Shown in pieces: positions 1 through 6,614 of a stretch of 11,632 nt of DNA. The stretch's first letter is position 1. The number at the start of each line of letters is the position of its first letter. The DNA comes from Gemmatimonadaceae bacterium (GTDB lineage Bacteria > Gemmatimonadota > Gemmatimonadetes > Gemmatimonadales > Gemmatimonadaceae), in assembly GCA_040902005.1 (NCBI GenBank), contig JBBDYA010000129.1, positions 47,990-59,621 of the forward strand. The letters run 5' to 3'. A model generated the notes under the pieces. That model did not search any database, was not told the origin of the DNA, and was given only the letters and a program-made list of their open reading frames with translations. A program made the translations under genes and the position numbers.

Positions 1-509
1 CTCGCCGGAGTGGAAGGCTTCGCCGCCGGTTTCGCGTCGAGAACATCTGCCTTGCTGATCACGCCGCCGCGGCCGGTGCCCTGGACGCCGGAGAGATCGG
101 CGCCCCGCTCGGCGGCCGTCCGCTGAGCGGCCGGAGAAGCGCGTGGTGACACCTTCTCCACCTTCCCCGGCGCCCCACCCCCGGACGCGGCAGCAGGAGC
201 GGAGGGCTGGGCCCGTTCCTTCGCGGCGGGCGCAGGGGGGGCAGGCGCAGCGGGTGCGGCCGCACCGCCCTCGGCCTTTTCGTCCACGTCCGCAAGCAGT
301 TGGTCGAGCTTCACGACGTCGCCTTCCTTCGCGTGGCGCTTCGTGAGCACGCCGCCGGTGACCGAAGGCACCTCCACGGTGATCTTGTCGGTCTCGAGCT
401 CGACCAGGGTGTCTCCCGGCGCGACTGCGTCGCCCTCGTTCTTGAGCCAGCGGGACACGATGGCTTCGACGATGGACTCGCCAAGCGGCGGCACTTTGAT
501 GGAAGTCAT
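1..509 (-). CDS. sucB: 2-oxoglutarate dehydrogenase E2 (dihydrolipoyllysine-residue succinyltransferase), 5' part; runs off the left edge
   Basis: Manual translation from ATG at 509 gives MTSIKVPPLGESIVEAIVSRWLKNEGDAVAPGDTLVELETDKITVEVPS (lipoyl domain with ETDK lipoylation motif), an Ala/Pro linker, and a subunit-binding domain ASPAAQRTAAERGADLSGVQGTGRGGVISKADV. The LGESI...LETDK..VEVP pattern is SucB-like. The catalytic domain lies outside the window, so another E2 paralogue cannot be fully excluded. Confidence 0.88.
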   Translation of the reverse strand, partial: MTSIKVPPLGESIVEAIVSRWLKNEGDAVAPGDTLVELETDKITVEVPSVTGGVLTKRHAKEGDVVKLDQLLADVDEKAEGGAAAPAAPAPPAPAAKERAQPSAPAAASGGGAPGKVEKVSPRASPAAQRTAAERGADLSGVQGTGRGGVISKADVLDAKPAAKPSTPA

Positions 510-523
510 GGTTGTCGCCGGAA

Positions 524-533
524 AATATACATT
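524..533. promoter_or_regulatory. Putative bidirectional sigma70-type -10 element between sucB and the dehydrogenase
   Basis: This is the only AT-rich patch in a 31-bp divergent gap. TACATT (+, 528-533) lies 7 nt before GTG 541, and TATATT (-, 529-524) faces sucB. No Shine-Dalgarno is visible for either gene. Confidence 0.6.
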
Positions 534-540
534 CCGTGGT

Positions 541-1575
541 GTGAGAGCACTCACGATCGCCGCGCACGGCGGCCTCGAGCAGGTACAGGTGCGAGACGAC
601 CTGCCCATCCCGCCATTGCGGGCGCGGACCGACGCGCGCGTCAGGGTTCGCGCTGCCGCCCTGAATCACCTGGATCTCCTCGTGGTGCAGGGCCTCCCGG
701 GAGTCACGATCGTGCCGCCCTGGATTCTCGGGGCGGACGCCAGCGGCGTGGTGGAGGAGATCGGTCCGGATGTCCGCAGCGTGTCGGTGGGGGACGCGGT
801 TGTCGTCAATCCGGGGATCAGCGATCGCACCTGTGACTACTGCCGTCAGGGCGAGCACTCGCTCTGCCTGAAGTACAAGCTGCTTGGCGAGCACCTGCCG
901 GGGACGGCCGCGGAATACATCGTGGTTCCAGCAGTGAATCTCCGCGCCGTACCCGCCGCGATCGACCCAACAGTCGCGGCCGCGTTTCCCCTGGCAACGC
1001 TCACGGCGTGGCGGATGGTGCACACGCGCGCGCGCGTGCGGTCGGGCGAGCGGGTGCTCATCTGGGGCATCGGCGGCGGCGTGGCCCTCGCCGCGCTCCA
1101 GGTCTGCAAGCAGATCGGCGCCGAGGTGTGGGTGACGTCGAGCGATCCCGGGAAGCTGTCACGGGCGAGCGCGCTGGGCGCGGACCACATCCTGGAAACG
1201 CGCGGCGACGTTGCGGCCGAGGTCAGGGCGCAAACGGGCAAAGCCGGGATGGATGTCGTCATCGACACCGTTGGCCAGGCCACCTGGAGCCGATCGCTCC
1301 AGGCGCTGGGACGCAGGGGGCGGCTGGTGACGTGCGGCGCAACGACCGGTCCCGCGGTGGAGATCGACGTTCGACGGCTCTTCTGGAACCAATGGACCAT
1401 CATGGGCTCCACCATGGGCAACGATGAGGAGTTCGACGCGGTGGTGCGGGAGCTGCGCGCCGGCCGACTCCTTCCGCCCGTCGACAGCGTCTGGCGGCTG
1501 GAGCAGGGCGTGGACGCGTTCCGGCGGCTCGAAGCGGGCGCGCAATTCGGCAAGGTCGTCCTCTCACTCGAGTGA
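541..1575 (+). CDS. Medium-chain dehydrogenase/reductase (zinc-type ADH-like / quinone oxidoreductase family), 344 aa
   Basis: Start reassigned to GTG 541 (MRALTIAAHGGLEQV, typical MDR N-terminus) because the longer ORF overlaps sucB. Motifs: VRVRAAALNHLD, ILGADASG, Cys cluster DRTCDYC-x7-C, Rossmann LIWGIGGGVA, GRLVTCGATTG, C-terminal FGKVVL. Confidence 0.92.
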   Translation: MRALTIAAHGGLEQVQVRDDLPIPPLRARTDARVRVRAAALNHLDLLVVQGLPGVTIVPPWILGADASGVVEEIGPDVRSVSVGDAVVVNPGISDRTCDYCRQGEHSLCLKYKLLGEHLPGTAAEYIVVPAVNLRAVPAAIDPTVAAAFPLATLTAWRMVHTRARVRSGERVLIWGIGGGVALAALQVCKQIGAEVWVTSSDPGKLSRASALGADHILETRGDVAAEVRAQTGKAGMDVVIDTVGQATWSRSLQALGRRGRLVTCGATTGPAVEIDVRRLFWNQWTIMGSTMGNDEEFDAVVRELRAGRLLPPVDSVWRLEQGVDAFRRLEAGAQFGKVVLSLE

Positions 1576-1584
1576 GGGGGGGGC

Positions 1585-1809
1585 ATGACCGAACAAGCGG
1601 CTTTCGCGCCGGAGGAGGAACGCGAGATCCGGGACCGCTACGCGGCCGGAGAGCGTCCGGTGTGCCCGCGCGACGGTGCCGCGATGACCGAACGCGCCAT
1701 TGGCGGCGGATCATTCGGCCTGGGCTATGCCCGTCGCCGCCAATGGCTCCTCTGTCCCGAGTGCCGTCGAAGCGTCATCTTCGATCGTGATCGCGGAACA
1801 CGTCTTTGA
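1585..1809 (+). CDS. Small hypothetical zinc-ribbon-like protein, 74 aa
   Basis: Fills the gap between two co-oriented genes. A purine-rich GAGGGGGGGG tract precedes the ATG. Paired knuckles CPRDG and CPECR; natural-looking composition. Confidence 0.78.
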   Translation: MTEQAAFAPEEEREIRDRYAAGERPVCPRDGAAMTERAIGGGSFGLGYARRRQWLLCPECRRSVIFDRDRGTRL

Positions 1810-1836
1810 ACTCACGGCCACAGAACCCGGACTTCC

Positions 1837-2619
1837 ATGAGCTTCCAGATCCAGAGTGCCGACAGCCTGAACTTCGCGCAGCGGCTGCAGCTGAGTTTCA
1901 GCGAAGTATTCGGTGACCTGATTCCCAATCTGCTGGGCGCGCTGATCATCATCTTCGCCGGCTATCTGGTGGCGAAGGTGCTGTCGCGACTCGTCGACCG
2001 CGGGCTGCGGCGCATCGGACTCAATTCCATGCTGGCGCGCGGCGGGATCATGGAGGCCGTGGAGCGTTCCGGCGCGCACGTGAACCCCACGCGCGTCATC
2101 AGCAATCTGGTCTTCTGGCTGGTGATGTTTGCCGTGATCCTGGTGGCGGCCAATGCGCTGGGGCTCGAGTCGCTCGCGGGGGTGTTCGGGCAGCTGGTCA
2201 GTTACATCCCGAGCGTCATTGCGGCGATCGTCATCATCCTGGTCGGGATCGTGCTGGGCCAGTTCGTCGGTGGGCTCATCGCCGCGAGCGCGGGCGCGCT
2301 GCACGGCGGGCGCGCGCTGGCGCGGGTCGGGAGCGGTGGCATCATCCTGCTGTCGGTGTTCATGGCGCTCCAGGAGCTCGGGATCGCTTCCGAGATCGTC
2401 TCCACGGCGTTCGCGATCCTGTTTGGCGCCATCGCGCTCGCGATTGCGCTGTCCTTCGGTCTCGGGAACCGTGAGCTCGCGGGGGAAATCACACGCGAGT
2501 GGTACGACCGCTACAAGGTGGAGCGCGACGCGGCGATGGCCCGCGAGAAGGACGAATTCGATGACGACGACGAGAGCGGCACGACGTCAGCCGCCTCACG
2601 CCCCATCACGGAGTCGTAG
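1837..2619 (+). CDS. Membrane protein with conserved TM_helix repeats (CmpX-like; related to the N-terminal TM region of MscS-family channels), 260 aa
   Basis: Two repeats of the IPNLLGALIIIFAGYLVAK / IPSVIAAIVIILVGIVLGQ motif, about 5 hydrophobic segments, closing ALAIALSFGLG motif and an acidic tail. No MscS cytoplasmic beta-domain follows. Confidence 0.85.
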   Translation: MSFQIQSADSLNFAQRLQLSFSEVFGDLIPNLLGALIIIFAGYLVAKVLSRLVDRGLRRIGLNSMLARGGIMEAVERSGAHVNPTRVISNLVFWLVMFAVILVAANALGLESLAGVFGQLVSYIPSVIAAIVIILVGIVLGQFVGGLIAASAGALHGGRALARVGSGGIILLSVFMALQELGIASEIVSTAFAILFGAIALAIALSFGLGNRELAGEITREWYDRYKVERDAAMAREKDEFDDDDESGTTSAASRPITES

Positions 2620-2697
2620 AGCCTGACCCCCCCTGGGCGGCCCTGCGCGTGCGTTCAGCGCGGGGTGGGACGCGCGGGTCACAAAGCTGGTGCCGTA

Positions 2698-2759
2698 AAC
2701 ACTTGTCGACAGCAGCTAAATCAATTGGTCATAATCATTTAGACCGTGTCGGCTGTGTT
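2698..2759. repeat. Long imperfect inverted repeat upstream of gyrA
   Basis: Nested arms AACAC/GTGTT (2698-2702/2755-2759), GTCGACA/TGTCGGC (2705-2711/2747-2753) and CTAAAT/ATTTAG (2716-2721/2737-2742). The inner two pairs share exactly the same dyad centre, 2729. Confidence 0.65.
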
Positions 2760-2786
2760 GATATAATCGGCCCAAATGGCTATTTT
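2739..2786 (+). promoter_or_regulatory. Putative gyrA promoter(s)
   Basis: Extended -10 TGaTATAAT at 2759-2767 with a weak -35 TAGACC at 2740-2745. A second overlapping candidate is TTGATA (2758-2763) - 17 bp - TATTTT (2781-2786). The region is an AT-rich island in GC-rich DNA. Confidence 0.7.
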
Positions 2787-2833
2787 TCCATGTCCCGCCG
2801 GCACCCCACTCAGACGCACGCCACCAGCGCCCA

Positions 2834-5347
2834 ATGACTGCTCCGAACAACCGCGAACGCATTCTGACGCGTCCGATCGACGACGAAGTAAAGGAGTCGT
2901 TCATCAATTATTCGATGAGCGTGATCGTCTCGCGCGCGCTGCCCGATGTGCGCGACGGACTCAAGCCGGTGCACCGGCGCGTGCTGTATGCGATGAACGA
3001 ACTGGGTCTCGTGCCCGGTCGCGGTTACAAGAAGTCGGCGACGGTGGTGGGCGACGTGCTCGGCAAGTACCACCCGCATGGCGACTCCAGTGTGTACGAC
3101 GCGCTCGTGCGCATGGTGCAGGATTTCTCGCTGCGATATCCGCTGATCGACGGACAGGGAAACTTCGGATCCGTGGAGGGAGATCCCGCGGCCGCCTACC
3201 GCTACACCGAAGCGCGTCTCACGCCGATCGCGATGGAGCTGCTGGCCGACATCGACAAGAACACCGTCGGCTTCGTCCCGAATTTCGATGACCGACTTCA
3301 GGAGCCGAGCGTTCTGCCCAGCGGCCTTCCGAATCTGGTCGTGAACGGTTCCAGCGGCATCGCGGTGGGGATGGCGACGAACATTCCGCCGCACAATCTG
3401 CGCGAAGTCGTGAGCGCGATCCTGCACCTCATCGAACACCCGGACGCCACCCCGGCCGACATTCGCAAGCACATCAAGGGTCCGGACTTTCCGACCGCGG
3501 GTTTCATCTACGGCCGACAGGGGATCAAGGACTACCAGGAGACCGGCCGCGGGCGCATCGTGATGCGCGCGCGCGCGGTGATCGAAGAGCTGAAGAACGG
3601 CAAGTCGCAGATCGTCGTCACCGAGATCCCGTATCAGGTGAACAGCGCGAAGCTCATCGAGGACATCGCGCACCTGGTGCGGGACAAGAAGCTCGAGGGC
3701 ATCAGCGACCTGCGGAACGAATCCGACCGCGACGGGCTGCGCATCGTCATCGAGCTGAAGCGCGACGCGATTCCCCGCGTGGTGCTGAACCAGCTCTACA
3801 AGCACACGGCGATGCAGTCCACGTTCGGCGTCATCATGCTGGCGCTGGTGCCGGACTCGCAAACGGGCCGGCTCGTGCCCAAGGTCATGGCGCTGAAGGA
3901 AGTGCTGGAGCACTACATCGCGCACCGCCACGACGTGATCGTCCGCCGCGCCCAGTACGAGCTCGACAAGGCGCTCGAGCGCGAGCACATCCTCGAGGGA
4001 CTGAAGATCGCCGTCGACAACATCGACGAGGTGATCAAGGTCATCAAGAAAGCCGACGACCCGCGCGCCGCGAGCGCCCAACTCCAGAAGCGGTTCAAGC
4101 TCTCCGAGCGCCAGGCCGAGGCGATCCTCAACATGCGCCTGGCCAAGCTCACCGGCCTGGAGATCGAGAAACTCGAGGCGGAGCTCAAGGAAGTGCACAC
4201 GCAGATCAAGGGCCTGCGCGAGCTGCTGGGCTCCAAGCCGAAGCGCATGAAGCTCATGAAGGAGGAGCTGGGCGACATCACCACGAAGTTCGGCGACGAG
4301 CGCCGTTCGGAGATCACGAGCGACGAAGGCGAGTTCACCGTCGAGGACCTGATCGCCGAAGAGGACATGGTCGTCACCATCTCCCACTCCGGCTACGTGA
4401 AGCGCACGTCGGTGTCCACGTACAAGCGGCAGCGGCGGGGCGGCAAGGGGCTGAACGGACAGAATCTGAAGGACGAGGATTTCGTCGAGCACCTCTTCAT
4501 CGCGTCCACGCACGACTACATCCTGATCTTCACGGATGACGGGCGCTGCTTCTGGCTCAAGGTGCACGAGATTCCGCAGCTGGGACGCGCCACCAAGGGC
4601 AAGCCCGTGGTCAACCTCGTGAACGTGAGCGCGGAAACGAAAGTCTCGGCGCTCATGCCCGTGCGCGAGTTCCGGGAGGATCAGTTCCTGTTGTTCGTGA
4701 CCCGGAACGGCACGGTGAAGAAGACCGCGCTGTCGGAATACTCGAACCCGCGCTCCTCCGGCATCAAGGCGATCAAGATCGACGACGGAGACGAGCTGAT
4801 CGACGTCCAGATCACCAGTGGCACGAACGACATCGTGCTGGCCACCCGGCATGGACTGTCCATCCGCTTCCACGAACAGGACGCGCGGCAGATGGGTCGC
4901 GACACCACCGGCGTGAAGGGCATCGAGCTCGCGAGCACGGACGCAGTGATCGGGATGGTGGTGATCAAGCGCGACGCCGCCCTGCTCGTCGTCACCGAAA
5001 AGGGCATGGGCAAGTGTTCGCCCATCGAGGACTACCGCGTCCAGAAGCGCGGCGGCAAGGGGATCATCACCGTCCATCGCACGGACAAGACCGGCGATGC
5101 GGTGTCCATCAAGGAAGTCCTGCCCGACGACGAGCTGATGCTCATCACCAAGCAGGGGATGGTGATCCGCATGCCGGTCAAGGGCATTCGCGTGTCTGGC
5201 CGGAACACGCAGGGTGTGCGCCTCGTGAACCTGGACGATGCGGACTTCGTGAACGACGTCGCGCGCGTCATCCCCGAAGATGAAGGCGAGGGCGAAGAGG
5301 GCGAGGACGTGCTCGAGCCGGTTGGCGCGGAGCCGGACGAGGAGTAG
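2834..5347 (+). CDS. gyrA: DNA gyrase subunit A, 837 aa
   Basis: Motifs [29 protein letters not shown] and catalytic [10 protein letters not shown] (Tyr at 3203-3205). The canonical GyrA-box QRRGGKG (4430-4450), beta-pinwheel C-terminal repeats and acidic tail distinguish it from ParC. Confidence 0.98.
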   Translation: MTAPNNRERILTRPIDDEVKESFINYSMSVIVSRALPDVRDGLKPVHRRVLYAMNELGLVPGRGYKKSATVVGDVLGKYHPHGDSSVYDALVRMVQDFSLRYPLIDGQGNFGSVEGDPAAAYRYTEARLTPIAMELLADIDKNTVGFVPNFDDRLQEPSVLPSGLPNLVVNGSSGIAVGMATNIPPHNLREVVSAILHLIEHPDATPADIRKHIKGPDFPTAGFIYGRQGIKDYQETGRGRIVMRARAVIEELKNGKSQIVVTEIPYQVNSAKLIEDIAHLVRDKKLEGISDLRNESDRDGLRIVIELKRDAIPRVVLNQLYKHTAMQSTFGVIMLALVPDSQTGRLVPKVMALKEVLEHYIAHRHDVIVRRAQYELDKALEREHILEGLKIAVDNIDEVIKVIKKADDPRAASAQLQKRFKLSERQAEAILNMRLAKLTGLEIEKLEAELKEVHTQIKGLRELLGSKPKRMKLMKEELGDITTKFGDERRSEITSDEGEFTVEDLIAEEDMVVTISHSGYVKRTSVSTYKRQRRGGKGLNGQNLKDEDFVEHLFIASTHDYILIFTDDGRCFWLKVHEIPQLGRATKGKPVVNLVNVSAETKVSALMPVREFREDQFLLFVTRNGTVKKTALSEYSNPRSSGIKAIKIDDGDELIDVQITSGTNDIVLATRHGLSIRFHEQDARQMGRDTTGVKGIELASTDAVIGMVVIKRDAALLVVTEKGMGKCSPIEDYRVQKRGGKGIITVHRTDKTGDAVSIKEVLPDDELMLITKQGMVIRMPVKGIRVSGRNTQGVRLVNLDDADFVNDVARVIPEDEGEGEEGEDVLEPVGAEPDEE

Positions 5348-5359
5348 GAGTCCCGGCGG

Positions 5360-6553
5360 TTACCGGCTCCAGAGCCTCGGCAATTCGTTGATGACCGTGT
5401 AGCCGCCCATGGCGGCCATGGCGAGCGCGACGACGATACCGGTGACGAACAACCACGCCGGGTGGCGGTAGTCCCCAATGATGTCGCGCTTCCGCGCCGC
5501 CACCAGCACCACGCCCAGTGACAGCGGCAGGATGAGCGCGTTGAGCGCGCCCACCGCGACGAGCGTCTTCACGGGACGGCCCACGGCAAGAAACACGATC
5601 GTGGACACGATGATGAATCCGATCGTGACCGCCCGCCAACGCTCGTTCACCGCGGTCCCCAGCGTGCGCAGGAACGACACGGACGTGTAGGCGGCGCCTA
5701 CCACCGACGTGATCGCGGCCGCCCAGATGACCATGCCGAACAGCCGGTACCCCGCGTCGCCGACGGCCTGGCGAAAGACGTCGCCGGCAGGGTTGGCGGG
5801 ATTGAGGGTCACCCCCCGGGCCACGATGCCGAGCGCGCCAAGGAACAGGATGATGCGCATGGCCGAGGCGACGCCGATGGCCAGGATGGCCGAGCGTGTC
5901 ACGGCCGCGAGGCCGTCCCGACCCACGATGCCCGCGTCGATCAGCCGGTGGGCGCCGGCGAACGTGATGTAGCCGCCCACCGTGCCGCCGACGATCGTGA
6001 CGATGGACAGGACTTCCAGCCGCGTGGGCATCACGCTCTCACGCAGGGCCTCGGCGTAGGGGGGGCGGGCCGCAATGGCGACGTACACCGCGAGCACGAT
6101 CATGACGAGACCCAGGAGCTGGGTGAAACGATCCATCGCGCGTCCCGCTTCCGGCATGAGGAACAGCCCTACGGCGACGGCGGCGCTCAGGACCGCGCCC
6201 AGCCGCGGATCGAGGCCCAGCAGCGCCTCCAGCCCCAACCCGGTTCCCGCGATGTTTCCGACGTTGAAGGCAAGTCCGCCTGCTGCCACCAGGATCGCCA
6301 GCAGCCAGCCCAGCCCCGGCAGCACGTCGTTGGCCACGTCTTGCGCGCGCCGCGCGCTGACCGTGAGCACCCGCCACACGTTCAGCTGCGCGACCAGGTC
6401 CACGACGATCGAGACGAGGATGGCGAAGGCGAAGCTCGCCATCAGGCGTTCCGTGAACACGGCGGTCTGCGTCAGGAAGCCCGGCCCGATCGCGGACGTC
6501 GCCATCAGAAAGGCGGCGCCAATCAGCGTGGAACGCTGCGCTTTACCACTCAT
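5360..6553 (-). CDS. YcsG-like NRAMP-superfamily transporter (putative 5-oxoproline/amino-acid permease), 397 aa
   Basis: N-terminal GAAFLMATSAIGPGFLTQT, GGLAFNVGNIAG, VGGTVGGYITFAGAHRL and AAITSVVGAAYTSVSF are motifs I recognise from the Bacillus YcsG family. About 11 hydrophobic segments. It lacks the DPGN metal motif of true MntH. Confidence 0.88.
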   Translation of the reverse strand: MSGKAQRSTLIGAAFLMATSAIGPGFLTQTAVFTERLMASFAFAILVSIVVDLVAQLNVWRVLTVSARRAQDVANDVLPGLGWLLAILVAAGGLAFNVGNIAGTGLGLEALLGLDPRLGAVLSAAVAVGLFLMPEAGRAMDRFTQLLGLVMIVLAVYVAIAARPPYAEALRESVMPTRLEVLSIVTIVGGTVGGYITFAGAHRLIDAGIVGRDGLAAVTRSAILAIGVASAMRIILFLGALGIVARGVTLNPANPAGDVFRQAVGDAGYRLFGMVIWAAAITSVVGAAYTSVSFLRTLGTAVNERWRAVTIGFIIVSTIVFLAVGRPVKTLVAVGALNALILPLSLGVVLVAARKRDIIGDYRHPAWLFVTGIVVALAMAAMGGYTVINELPRLWSR

Positions 6554-6560
6554 GGGCCAA

Positions 6561-6570
6561 ATGATACCTT
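6561..6570. promoter_or_regulatory. Putative bidirectional -10 element between the transporter and the membrane diguanylate cyclase
   Basis: TATCAT (-, 6566-6561) lies 7 nt before the transporter ATG (6553). TACCTT (+, 6565-6570) shares the same TA dinucleotide. Confidence 0.6.
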
Positions 6571-6614
6571 AGGCCACCTCAGCGGGCACCGCCGTGCGCT
6601 GTGATGCCATCTTC

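Noticed and set aside
343..540. 66-aa N-terminal extension of the dehydrogenase in the ORF track
   Set aside because: It is antisense to the sucB lipoyl domain, and MDR homology starts at GTG 541.
2624..2681. GC-rich hairpin (2641-2665, outer TGACCC/GGGTCA) as an intrinsic terminator
   Set aside because: No U-tract follows, and such stems arise easily at this GC content.
3062..3100. Quinolone-resistance substitutions in the GyrA QRDR
   Set aside because: HGDSSVYD keeps Ser and Asp at the positions equivalent to E. coli 83 and 87.
5042..5062. Second GyrA-box-like motif QKRGGKG
   Set aside because: Box-like motifs recur in the paralogous pinwheel blades of many GyrA proteins, so it is not unusual.
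2810..5077. 755-aa antisense ORF opposite gyrA
   Set aside because: It mirrors gyrA codon for codon. Strong GC3 bias removes antisense stops, and no recognisable domain is present.
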